A DNA stretch of 29,410 nt from an uncultured Fibrobacterota bacterium (GTDB lineage Bacteria > Fibrobacterota > Chitinivibrionia > Chitinivibrionales > Chitinispirillaceae), in the NCBI GenBank assembly GCA_903888815.1, contig CAISVC010000657.1:1-29410 (forward strand). Reading direction: 5' to 3'. The notes under the pieces are model-generated. The model did not search any database, had not been told where the DNA came from, and saw nothing but the letters and a program-made list of their open reading frames with translations. Below are positions 1-8,567 of this stretch, piece by piece (within the stretch, counting starts at the first letter, position 1; every line of letters starts with the position of its first letter). A program made the translations under genes and the position numbers.

Positions 1-784
1 AAACCTCCTCGCTCGAAAAACCCGCCTGCGAAGCGGCGGTCAACGCGTCTGTCGCAGGGTTCTCCCGTACGATCTGCTTCACATGATGAATCCGCACCTG
101 GTCGATATAGGCCGCAACACTCATGCCGAGCTCGCGTTCGAAAAGCGCTTCCAGGAATGGCTCGCCCGTAATTATGGCGGTGCACACACCTGCCGGTGTG
201 AGGGCCGGGTCAGTGTAATGTTTTTCGATATGTAAACATGCTCGCCGTACCTCGCCATCCATGAGCGACAATCGGGTCGTGGTCATGAAGCGTTTCTCCA
301 GCTTTTTCCCGGAAACACGCGACACCGCAATCCACAGGATAATGAGCAGTACGGCACATCCCAGCGCAATGAGCAGCCATCCGCGGTGCCGCGCAGCAGA
401 TGCCAGCTGCACTATAATGTTCCAAAAGCCGCCGGCTGCACTCCTTTCCCCGGCCGGTACGCGGGCAGAAACGGTTGTTTCACGATGCTGGAGTGCATTT
501 AAAGAATCTTCCTTTGCAAGCGTCGACAGAAGGTTGCGCAGTGTTGAGTCGCGGCGGCTTTTTATGTCAGCTTTCACATTGCGGCGCGGCTTTTGCGCCA
601 GCGGCTTTGGCGCGGAATCCCTGGTCGGCTGCAGTGAATCGCCTTTCTGTATGACTTCCGCATCGGCAGTCCCTGTTGCTCCCGGCCACCCCCCCTGCGA
701 AAGAGTATCCGCACTCAGGGTACCCGCCGCTGATGAAAGTATAAAGGCGGCGCCACATACTGCGGTTATGATTTTCCTGGACAC
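1..784 (-). CDS. Membrane-anchored AraC-family (HTH_18) transcriptional regulator; 3' end truncated by the window edge
   Basis: Absent from the ORF track because it has no stop in the window. Manual translation from GTG 784: VSRKIITAVCGAAFILSSAAG (signal-like), a low-complexity linker, TM helix WLLIALGCAVLLIILWIAV, then CLHIEKHYTDPALT...FLEALFERELGMSVAAYIDQVRIHHVKQIV...AASQAGFSSEE, matching the AraC double-HTH pattern. Starts 15 bp after the murA stop. Confidence 0.8.
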   Translation of the reverse strand, partial: MSRKIITAVCGAAFILSSAAGTLSADTLSQGGWPGATGTADAEVIQKGDSLQPTRDSAPKPLAQKPRRNVKADIKSRRDSTLRNLLSTLAKEDSLNALQHRETTVSARVPAGERSAAGGFWNIIVQLASAARHRGWLLIALGCAVLLIILWIAVSRVSGKKLEKRFMTTTRLSLMDGEVRRACLHIEKHYTDPALTPAGVCTAIITGEPFLEALFERELGMSVAAYIDQVRIHHVKQIVRENPATDALTAASQAGFSSEEV

Positions 785-799
785 TGTTCCATCCGTTCC

Positions 800-2146
800 T
801 TAAGTCTGGTTGTTTTTTCTCCTGTCAACAATACGCTGGATGCGAGCGCCAAGGCGCGAGAGGCGTGTATCGATCTGCTGGTAACCTCGGTCGATCTGTT
901 CGATATTATAGATGACACTCCTGCCTTCGGCGGCGAGCGCTGCAATAAGGAGCGCCATGCCGGCGCGGATGTCGGGCGAGCTTATGGTCGCGCCGTAGAG
1001 CGGTGACGGGCCTGCGATGACGGCCCGGTGCGGATCGCACAGCACGATCGAGGCGCCCATGGAGATCAGCTTGTCAACAAAGAAAAGTCTGGATTCGAAC
1101 ATTTTTTCATGGATCACGCAGGTGCCCGCGGACTGCGTGGCGACCACGAGCAGAATGGACATGAGGTCGGTCGGAAAACCCGGCCACGGGCTGTCTTCGA
1201 TACGGGGTATCGAGCTTACCAGATCCTTGCGGACCGAGAGCCGCTGCCGTTTCCGCACCAGGAGCGTGCCGCTTGCCGTATCGGCCTCAACCCTGACGCC
1301 CATGCGCTCGAACTGATAAAGTATCATGCGGAGCTGCGCCGTATCCACGCCCTGTATCGTAAGTTCAGATCCGGTCGCCGCGGCAAGGCCGATAAAAGAT
1401 CCGGCCTCGATGTAATCGCCGCCTACTTCATGATTCGCCGATTTGAACGCCTCCGTCCCGTGCACGGTGAGAAGGTTCGACCCGATGCCTTCGATGCGAA
1501 CACCGCATTTCTCCAGGAACCGGCACAAACCCTGCACATGCGGTTCAGAGGCGGCATTGGCGATGACCGTGACGCCGTGCGCGCCCGCCGCCGCGATCAG
1601 CGCGTTTTCGGTCGCGGTCACCGACGCTTCGTCGAGGTAAATGGGCGTTCCCTGCAATCCGCTTTTCGGCGCACTGAGAATGTAACTGGTTTCCTGCGTC
1701 ACGCCATCGGCGAGAACCGTATGCTCGACTTTGATCCGGGCGCCCAGCTCCCTGAATACGGCGAAATGGGTGTCGAGCCTTCTCCGGCCGATGGAATCAC
1801 CGCCGGGCTGGCGGATCACCGCCTTTCCTTTCCGTACGAGAAGCGCTGAGGCGAAAAGTATCGAAGCGCGGATTGCGCTCGATTCTTTTACCGGGAGTTC
1901 GGGAGTCGCAAGCTTTTGAGCATCAATCGTCACCGTTCCGCCGCTCAAGTCCGCCACGCGCGCGCCGAGAAGCTTCGCGATGGAAAGCATGGTGCGTACG
2001 TCGCCGATATCGGGGACATTCGAGAAGGTTACGGGCGCAGGGCACAGGAGCGATGCGGCGATGAGCGGCAGCGCTTCGTTTTTATTGCCGGTGACAGCTA
2101 TGCTTCCGTGAAGTCTCCGCTTTCCTTCGACAATGAATCCGCTCAT
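800..2146 (-). CDS. murA: UDP-N-acetylglucosamine 1-carboxyvinyltransferase (Cys-to-Asp active-site variant)
   Basis: Motifs GNKNEALPLIAASLL, RASIL, PGGDSIGRRRLDTH, PWPGFPTDL, FESR, SPDIRAGMALLIAAL, IDRGY. SD AGGAG upstream. Confidence 0.97.
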   Translation of the reverse strand: MSGFIVEGKRRLHGSIAVTGNKNEALPLIAASLLCPAPVTFSNVPDIGDVRTMLSIAKLLGARVADLSGGTVTIDAQKLATPELPVKESSAIRASILFASALLVRKGKAVIRQPGGDSIGRRRLDTHFAVFRELGARIKVEHTVLADGVTQETSYILSAPKSGLQGTPIYLDEASVTATENALIAAAGAHGVTVIANAASEPHVQGLCRFLEKCGVRIEGIGSNLLTVHGTEAFKSANHEVGGDYIEAGSFIGLAAATGSELTIQGVDTAQLRMILYQFERMGVRVEADTASGTLLVRKRQRLSVRKDLVSSIPRIEDSPWPGFPTDLMSILLVVATQSAGTCVIHEKMFESRLFFVDKLISMGASIVLCDPHRAVIAGPSPLYGATISSPDIRAGMALLIAALAAEGRSVIYNIEQIDRGYQQIDTRLSRLGARIQRIVDRRKNNQT

Positions 2147-2336
2147 GGACAGCTCCTGTTATTTACCGTTAGGACAGATCCTGTGCCGGCTTGCCGGACC
2201 CCGCTTTTGCGAACACCCGCAGCCGTCCGGTGATGCTTGGAAAATAGAAAACGCTGGCAGCCGGTTCCAAAATTTTTTAGGTTCTGAAATTTAAACAGCA
2301 CGTATTGTATATTTCAGCAATAAGGGCATGGCGCGG

Positions 2337-2520
2337 AAATCCGCTCTGCCTGCGTGTTCTGTAATTTCTTGACTAACACTTTCATACAGGGGATTCGGCT
2401 TTGGGTGGCAAGAGCATGCCGTTCTATTTCGGTAGTCAACGGACTTCGACCCATTCAAGAGAATACCCACCCTTTCGATGAGAGGGATCAAGAAATACGA
2501 CCGCGGGCAGGGCTTTTTAT
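2337..2520 (+). ncRNA. ssrS: 6S RNA (probable)
   Basis: Folds by hand into one long irregular hairpin of ~180 nt. Pairings: 2343-2354 with 2502-2513 (12 bp incl. GU), 2364-2372 with 2488-2496 (9 bp perfect). Central bubble has 5' CUAACACUUUCAUACA and a 3' mini-hairpin at 2470-2486. Apical stem is closed by a UUCG loop (2428-2431). UUUCAUAC and GAGCAUGC recall E. coli 6S RNA segments. Ends are approximate. Confidence 0.75.
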
Positions 2521-2552
2521 TTGTCTACAAACGGTAACCGCTTAAAAATTAA

Positions 2553-2590
2553 GAGCGGGACTCACGCTCGTGAACCCCGCCCTTTATTTT
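2553..2590. terminator. Probable bidirectional intrinsic terminator between the 6S RNA and the convergent lipoprotein gene
   Basis: GCGGG-ac-TCAC-gctc-GTGA-ac-CCCGC hairpin with TTTATTTT on + and an A-rich run upstream that gives a U-rich tail on -. Confidence 0.6.
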
Positions 2591-2635
2591 AATCCCATTC
2601 TTTATTTCGGCCGATAACTTCCAGTTACCCGGCTA

Positions 2636-3373
2636 TCATTTTTGATCGACGTGGATCGCTAGTACCCTTGTCTTGTCGGTTGATTTATTTGTGATCGTCA
2701 ATGTCGCATTCCCGTTGCCGGTGAATTCGACCTCATACGAACGCCGCGGAAAATCAGCCATAATGTTCCCGCTCCGGGGGAACTGCCAATGACCGCCCGT
2801 ATACTGTCGGGTGACATTCGTGATGGTACCGGTTACCGCCTGCTCGCCGTCATAGGTTCCGGTGATGGTTCCGTTTTTTACGTGTGTGGTATCGGGCGAC
2901 AGATTAATGGCGGAAGTTATATCCACGGTGACATCCAATTCGTTGCCGCCCTTATCGCGCTTTACATGACGGACATGGTGGATGGTTTTGACCGTCGCAA
3001 ACGTAGGATATTGAAGTTTGTTAAGGCTGACATCGAAGAAGGTCACGGTATCTATACGTTCCCGCTCATAACCATCCGACAAATTGGAGAATGTTGCCTT
3101 GCGGATATAACTGCTGCTCACTGCATCCCATGCATAGGGAGAAATCTTCCAGTCATAGTAAACCGTATCTCCGACGGCAGCCGCCATTTTCGGAAGCGGC
3201 CCGAGAGCGCCTATCATGGTGCTTGAATTGGCGTCCATGTTGGAAACTTCCTGCGCCGAGATACGCGCGAATTCGTCGCTGATATCCTCCCTCGCGCATC
3301 CGGCAAAAAATGCGGCAATTCCGGAAATGACTGAAACAATAACGACTCCCGCCACACGACCATTCAACTTCAT
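2636..3373 (-). CDS. Hypothetical beta-rich lipoprotein
   Basis: ATG 3373 has a strong AGGAGG SD. MKLNGRVAGVVIVSVISGIAAFFAG-C is a lipoprotein signal with lipobox. The mature part is Thr/Gly/Val-rich and I recognise no family. Confidence 0.8.
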   Translation of the reverse strand: MKLNGRVAGVVIVSVISGIAAFFAGCAREDISDEFARISAQEVSNMDANSSTMIGALGPLPKMAAAVGDTVYYDWKISPYAWDAVSSSYIRKATFSNLSDGYERERIDTVTFFDVSLNKLQYPTFATVKTIHHVRHVKRDKGGNELDVTVDITSAINLSPDTTHVKNGTITGTYDGEQAVTGTITNVTRQYTGGHWQFPRSGNIMADFPRRSYEVEFTGNGNATLTITNKSTDKTRVLAIHVDQK

Positions 3374-3454
3374 ACACGCCTCCTTTGAAAAATTGTTTTC
3401 CATCAGTTAGACCATCTCATCAAAATATTTGTTACCATTCTATTGCTGTTTTTA

Positions 3455-3484
3455 ATTTTAGCATTCCATCCAGTTGATTTTCAA
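3455..3484 (-). promoter_or_regulatory. Sigma70-type promoter for the lipoprotein gene
   Basis: TTGAAA-N18-TAAAAT on the minus strand with extended -10 TGn. Confidence 0.5.
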
Positions 3485-3522
3485 TAAGTTAATAAAAATT
3501 TCTCGGGCCGATATTAAAACCG

Positions 3523-5649
3523 CTATTTCAATCCCGCCTTGAAGTTAAAAAGACTTGTATCCGGCATTCTGGTATTGTTCTTATAGCAATCGATCAGCCG
3601 GGACAGAAAATCAGGGTCAGGCCTGCAGAAGGTCAGATCAATCAGGAAGTCATGAATGCCTGCTTCCGAAAGTTTCCGGCGTCGATGCGTCAGACAGAAG
3701 GGTTTTTTCGATACCAGGTAGAAGAGGCCATCCGCCTCAATAGCAATAAATTCGTTTTCATACGGATCGGAAATGACTGATTGCAATTGAACGGCCGGAC
3801 GGATCCGTGAAATAAAAAGCGGAACGTGCGAAAAGAGACAGACGATCCCGTTCTCCGATGCTGAGACGTAAGTCGAAGCCTTGATGTTGAGATAATCATC
3901 CTCGTATGAATGGATAAAACCACTGAATCCCCTATTCTTCAATGCACGCTGGCACGCTCGGTTGAGGCAGCCGAACGGAGAATCGGCGATACGTTCAAAA
4001 CCATTCGGAAAAATTGCCGCATGGCCGATGTTTGAGCATACTCCCCTGCTTATCCCTGCATTTTTGCCTTGATTGATCAAAGCCCGCCAGCCGCTGATTT
4101 CATGCTCGGGAATAAACGGAGGCAGAGCAATCAGCAACCGCGATCTCCAGACTTTAAGCCGCGGCCCGTCATTGAGCAGTTTTCCCGTCTCGTGCCGGTC
4201 CCCGGCGAATATCAAACGTTGACAAGGGGTATTCGCGGCATGGTCAAGCCACTCGACCGTGTCGGTTTTGATCCAGAGAGTGTCACGGTACGATACGTTC
4301 GAAGAAGTTCCGGAGAAGGGGGGTATGGACGTCTTCGAAGAGCGGGTGCCCTGTCTGAGCCTGCCCCAGGCAGGCGAGTTAGGGCTGCTCTGAGAAGATG
4401 CGCCATGCCCCCCTTCTATAGAATCACTGGTGATATTTTGCATGATTTTACTGACAAAGGGGCAATGAGCACGGAAACGTACCGGTTCGACGCCACTCAC
4501 CCTTTTCCGGTCGAAACGCCCCTCTTCCCCGCAACGGCCGATCAGAAAAACCGTATCACCGGCAGTGCAATCGATCGCCGTTTTCAGACGCACGCGCGCT
4601 CGATCGTTTTCATACACAACGGACCGGATGTCGGCGGCCGTTCCTTCGAATCCGCTCTCCGGTTGAATGCGGACGCGGTCCCCGGCAGAAAGAGGCGGCG
4701 TTGATTCAAGGACGATTTGACCGTTGCATGTTCCCATCACCGTGCCGATTAATTCGCCGACGCCGGACCGGGCTGCGGCTTCGATTATGCCTGACTGGTG
4801 CACGCTTCCGAGAAACAGCGATGTTTTTCCCCGCGCCAGATCATGCTGCAGCAGCTCTCTGGCTTCGTCAACAGAGATCGTACCGTCGATTACTTTACGA
4901 TACGCATTGACCACCGTGTAAACGTATTCCGGCCCCTTCATGCGGCCTTCGATCTTTAAACCGGCGATCCCGAGTTCGATCACCTGCGGCAGAAAACCGA
5001 TTGCACTGAGGTCGTTCGGCGAAAAAAAGTATCCTGCTCCGGTTTCGGTACGGAATTTTCTCCGGCACACCTGCGTGCAGCGCCCGCGGTTGCCGCTCGA
5101 TCCGCCCAGAAAACTTGACGCAAGGCAGATTCCGGAGATGCTGTAGCAGAGCGCGCCGTGGACAAACACTTCCAGTTCGATAGCCGCCTGCTTTTTTATC
5201 GAACGGATCTCCTCAAGGGTGAGCTCGCGCGAAAGGATTGCCCGGCGCAGGCCGAGGCTTTGGGCCGCCCTGACCCCTGCGGAATTGTGGACTGCCATCT
5301 GAGTGCTGGCATGCAGGCACATTCGTGGAAAGTGTTTCCGGGCCATGTCGATAATGCCCGCATCAGTCACGATCACGGCATCAACGCCGATCTGTTCGAG
5401 CTGATACAGCGCATGGATGACGGGTTCGAGCTCGGCCTGCTTTATGAGCGTATTGAGCGTGACATAGAGCTTAACGTTATGCAGGTGCGCATAGGGCACG
5501 AGGTACGACAGGGTTTTAGGAGTGAAATTTTTCGCCCGCAGCCGTGCGTTGAAATCCGCCAAACCCAGATACACCGCATCGGCTCCGGCCTCGATCGCAG
5601 CATGAAAGCTTTCGATGGAGCCGGCAGGCGCAAGGAGTTCCGGTTTCAT
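3523..5649 (-). CDS. Peptidase U32-family Fe-S protein (RlhA/TrhP-like RNA hydroxylase, long form)
   Basis: MKPELLAPAGS, GADAVYLG, FNAR, LHASTQM, LSRELTL, EVFVHGALCYSISGICLAS...GNRGRCTQVCRR (Fe-S Cys motif), LKIEGRMK. Start moved to Met 5649 to avoid overlap with thyX. Confidence 0.9.
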   Translation of the reverse strand: MKPELLAPAGSIESFHAAIEAGADAVYLGLADFNARLRAKNFTPKTLSYLVPYAHLHNVKLYVTLNTLIKQAELEPVIHALYQLEQIGVDAVIVTDAGIIDMARKHFPRMCLHASTQMAVHNSAGVRAAQSLGLRRAILSRELTLEEIRSIKKQAAIELEVFVHGALCYSISGICLASSFLGGSSGNRGRCTQVCRRKFRTETGAGYFFSPNDLSAIGFLPQVIELGIAGLKIEGRMKGPEYVYTVVNAYRKVIDGTISVDEARELLQHDLARGKTSLFLGSVHQSGIIEAAARSGVGELIGTVMGTCNGQIVLESTPPLSAGDRVRIQPESGFEGTAADIRSVVYENDRARVRLKTAIDCTAGDTVFLIGRCGEEGRFDRKRVSGVEPVRFRAHCPFVSKIMQNITSDSIEGGHGASSQSSPNSPAWGRLRQGTRSSKTSIPPFSGTSSNVSYRDTLWIKTDTVEWLDHAANTPCQRLIFAGDRHETGKLLNDGPRLKVWRSRLLIALPPFIPEHEISGWRALINQGKNAGISRGVCSNIGHAAIFPNGFERIADSPFGCLNRACQRALKNRGFSGFIHSYEDDYLNIKASTYVSASENGIVCLFSHVPLFISRIRPAVQLQSVISDPYENEFIAIEADGLFYLVSKKPFCLTHRRRKLSEAGIHDFLIDLTFCRPDPDFLSRLIDCYKNNTRMPDTSLFNFKAGLK
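4308..4423. repeat. Palindromic element inside the U32 CDS (in frame)
   Basis: AGAAGGGGGGTATGG (4314-4328) vs CCATGCCCCCCTTCT (4403-4417) is 14/15 complementary. Nested stems AGAGC/GCTCT, GCCCT/AGGGC and GCCTGCC-cca-GGCAGGC (4359-4375). Confidence 0.7.
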
Positions 5650-5671
5650 GGGGATTTTCGCGTAAAGATGT

Positions 5672-7024
5672 TCACTCCGGCTCCGCGGTCCCCACCTTGA
5701 TGAACGGCGCAAGTTCAGGCATGATTTTTACCAGTTCGGCGCATGCGGCCGACAGATGCTCGGCGTAACGGAAATGCGCCCCCAGTCCGGTGCGGAGTTC
5801 GATTTCGTAGATGAATTTGTCGAGGTGCATGGAGTGTTCGAAGGCCACCTGCGTACCCAGAAGCAGCCCGTAGACAAACGCCTCACCGCCGTCATGCGAC
5901 GCCAGTTTTTCGACAACCGCCTTTTTTCTGGCCAGAAGCTCCGCCAGTTTCCCGTGCTTGACGTCCGGCGGCAGATAAAAACCAACCGGTGCAAGCGGGC
6001 TGAACCTGAAGCCGGTGCGGTGGCGGTTGAGGTCGCGCAGCTCCGCCAGCCCCACGTTGTTCCATGCCGCGCGCACCAAGATCCGCCGGATTGCGGTGCC
6101 TGCGCTGCTGTAGCGGCTTGCCTTACCCTTAAAGGCTTCTTCGACCGGCTGGAACTGCGGCAAAAACGGCGGAAATTTTTTTTCCACTGAAACGTGGACC
6201 ACGTCCCCGAGCCGCTGCACCGGCACGCCGTGCTCGCGGATGCGCTGCACCGCATGCATGAAAAACTGTTCCGTCTGAGCAGCACTTGCCGCATCCGCAG
6301 CGCTGTGCTTTGTCAGGCGCGGCGTGAATTTCGCCAGCTCCGCGCGCAGCCCTGCGGCGCAGGCGCGCGCCTCAGGCAGCCCAAGCGAGTGGAGCTGTTT
6401 TATGGTGTCGGCCCAGGCGCGCGCGGTCATGATAAGCGCCGCGTTGGTTTTCGTCGCGAACGGGATAAAATAGCGGGCCCGGTCGAGCGCGAAGTTCTTG
6501 CGCAGCCGGTCCGCGATTTTGGGATTTGCCCCTTCGGGAACGCGTACCACCTCCGGTTTTTTCCGCGCCATGGTATCAAGCGTATCGTACGTCTCCTGAT
6601 ACAGCGCAAAAGCAAGCGAAAGGTATTCTTTCCATTCGCCCGAAAGCGCGCCGGGAATGCCGATTTCGTCAGGATCAGGGATACCGCTCTTGTCAAGCTT
6701 TATGTAGCGGGTGCTGCACTCCTGGCCGTCGGCGTATTGCGACAGTTCAAAGAGCTTGTAGGCGAGAAACATGGAACAGCCGTCGATCACCATGGCAATG
6801 CCGCCGGTCATTCCGGCGATCGAGGCGTGGCCGTAATCGACGAATCTGAAAATGCTGTCCACCGATTTGTCCGGATCGTTCCAGTCGATGGAGGCGAGGA
6901 TCGCGTCGATGCCTTTATTGGAACGTGAGTAGCGCGCAAGGCAGCTTGCGAGCAGCTCCGGGGTCACCGCAGGATTATTCTTTGCGCCGGGAGGAGGGCA
7001 AATACCTAATCCGATAATTCTCAT
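5672..7024 (-). CDS. thyX: FAD-dependent thymidylate synthase, tandem two-Thy1-domain type
   Basis: N-domain has LARYSRS, DYGHASI and GQECSTRY. C-domain has RDLNRHR and ELRTGLGAHFRY. At 450 aa it is about twice the size of a single-domain ThyX, as in chlamydial-type enzymes. Confidence 0.75.
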   Translation of the reverse strand: MRIIGLGICPPPGAKNNPAVTPELLASCLARYSRSNKGIDAILASIDWNDPDKSVDSIFRFVDYGHASIAGMTGGIAMVIDGCSMFLAYKLFELSQYADGQECSTRYIKLDKSGIPDPDEIGIPGALSGEWKEYLSLAFALYQETYDTLDTMARKKPEVVRVPEGANPKIADRLRKNFALDRARYFIPFATKTNAALIMTARAWADTIKQLHSLGLPEARACAAGLRAELAKFTPRLTKHSAADAASAAQTEQFFMHAVQRIREHGVPVQRLGDVVHVSVEKKFPPFLPQFQPVEEAFKGKASRYSSAGTAIRRILVRAAWNNVGLAELRDLNRHRTGFRFSPLAPVGFYLPPDVKHGKLAELLARKKAVVEKLASHDGGEAFVYGLLLGTQVAFEHSMHLDKFIYEIELRTGLGAHFRYAEHLSAACAELVKIMPELAPFIKVGTAEPE

Positions 7025-7026
7025 AT

Positions 7027-8460
7027 TTAATATCTGTAATGTTCCGGTTTATACGGCCCCTCGACCGGGACGCCGATATAGTCGGCCTGCTGCTTTGAAA
7101 GCTTCGTGAGCTTCGCACCCAGCTTGTCAAGATGCAGCCGCGCCACCTCTTCGTCGAGCTTCTTCGGCAGCCGGTACACGCCGACCTTGTACGAATCGCG
7201 CTTTTTCCACAGGTCGATCTGCGCCAGCGTCTGGTTGGTGAAGGAACTCGACATCACGAACGACGGGTGGCCGGTGGCGCAGCCGAGGTTCACGAGACGG
7301 CCTTCGGCCAGGAGGTAGATCGCGTGGCCGTCCGGAAAAATGTATTTGTCAACCTGCGGCTTGATGGTGACGCGCTTTATGCCCGGAAATTTGTTGAGGT
7401 TGTCGACCTGGATTTCGTTGTCGAAGTGGCCGATGTTGCAGACAATCGCCTGGTCCTTCATTTTCGCCATGTGGTCAATGGTGATGATGTCGCAGTTGCC
7501 CGTCGTGGTCACATAGATATCCGCAAAAAGCAGCGCATCCTCCACGGTAGTCACCTTGTAGCCGGCCATGCACGCCTGCAGCGCACAGATCGGGTCGATC
7601 TCGGTGACCCACACCCGCGCCTTCTGGCCGGCCAGCGATTCGGCCGAGCCTTTTCCCACATCGCCGTAGCCGCATACGAGCGCGATTTTGCCCGCGATCA
7701 TGACATCCATGGCGCGCATGATGCTGTCGACCAGTGAGTGGCGGCAGCCGTAAATATTATCGAATTTCGACTTGGTAACCGAGTCGTTGACATTGATGGC
7801 CGGCACCAGAAGCTTCCCGGCGGCTTCCATCTGGTAAAGCCGGTGCACGCCGGTCGTGGTCTCTTCGGAAACGCCCTTCCACTCCTTCACCACCTCCTGC
7901 CAGAGCGCGGGTTTTTTTTCATGCACTTTGATGAGCAGTTCCTTGATGACCTGCTCTTCGTGGCTTGACGAGGGCGTCTTTACCCAGCCGTCGCCCTTCT
8001 CAAGCTGGTACCCTTTGTGGATCAGAAGCGTGGCGTCGCCGCCGTCGTCAACGACAAGCTGGGGGCCTTTGCCACCCTGGTGCATAAGGGCCTGAAACGT
8101 GCATGCCCAGTAATCCTCAAGCGTTTCAGCTTTCCAGGCAAACACCGGTATGCCAGCCTTTGCGATTGCAGCCGCTGCATGGTCCTGGGTCGAAAAGATA
8201 TTGCACGAAGCCCACCGTACCTGTGCGCCGAGGAGGCGGAGCGTTTCGATCAGCACCGCGGTCTGTATCGTCATATGCAGTGAACCTGAAATACGCACGC
8301 CGGCGAGCGGCTTAAGGGGAGCGTACTTTTCGCGGATCGCCATGAGGCCCGGCATCTCTTTTTCGGCGATCTCCATCTCTTTGCGGCCCCATTCGGCAAG
8401 AGAAATGTCCGCGACCTGGTGCGGGATGTTTGTCCATATGTCAACATGCGGTGTCATCAT
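7027..8460 (-). CDS. ahcY: Adenosylhomocysteinase (SAH hydrolase)
   Basis: [85 protein letters not shown]-terminal [18 protein letters not shown]. Confidence 0.98.
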   Translation of the reverse strand: MMTPHVDIWTNIPHQVADISLAEWGRKEMEIAEKEMPGLMAIREKYAPLKPLAGVRISGSLHMTIQTAVLIETLRLLGAQVRWASCNIFSTQDHAAAAIAKAGIPVFAWKAETLEDYWACTFQALMHQGGKGPQLVVDDGGDATLLIHKGYQLEKGDGWVKTPSSSHEEQVIKELLIKVHEKKPALWQEVVKEWKGVSEETTTGVHRLYQMEAAGKLLVPAINVNDSVTKSKFDNIYGCRHSLVDSIMRAMDVMIAGKIALVCGYGDVGKGSAESLAGQKARVWVTEIDPICALQACMAGYKVTTVEDALLFADIYVTTTGNCDIITIDHMAKMKDQAIVCNIGHFDNEIQVDNLNKFPGIKRVTIKPQVDKYIFPDGHAIYLLAEGRLVNLGCATGHPSFVMSSSFTNQTLAQIDLWKKRDSYKVGVYRLPKKLDEEVARLHLDKLGAKLTKLSKQQADYIGVPVEGPYKPEHYRY

Positions 8461-8524
8461 GCAGCTCCTTGTCTGATCGATTATTTGATTTCAACTGAAC
8501 CAGGAAATCGTGCTCATCGCATCA

Positions 8525-8554
8525 ATAGTATGATAAAAAATACAATATGGTCAA
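8525..8554 (-). promoter_or_regulatory. Sigma70-type promoter for the ahcY-thyX-U32 operon
   Basis: TTGACC-N18-TACTAT on the minus strand in an AT-rich gap about 65 bp upstream of ahcY. Confidence 0.45.
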
Positions 8555-8567
8555 TAATGGGTTTTAT

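Noticed and set aside
261-803. 180-aa plus-strand ORF and other long antisense ORFs (e.g. 1028-1849, 6194-6928, 7132-7737, 19265-20101)
   Set aside because: They shadow well-supported genes on the opposite strand and have no recognisable motifs. This is expected in GC-rich coding DNA.
2160-2275. Short hairpins in the murA leader as a riboswitch or attenuator
   Set aside because: Only 4-6 bp GC stems, no recognisable aptamer consensus and no U-tract terminator.
2291-2545. Small ORFs 2291-2491 (-) and 2354-2545 (+)
   Set aside because: No SD or protein features. The region is better explained by the 6S-like RNA fold.
8461-8567. SAH or SAM riboswitch upstream of ahcY
   Set aside because: The leader is short, AT-rich and lacks the conserved aptamer elements. 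Only a promoter and an SD are visible.
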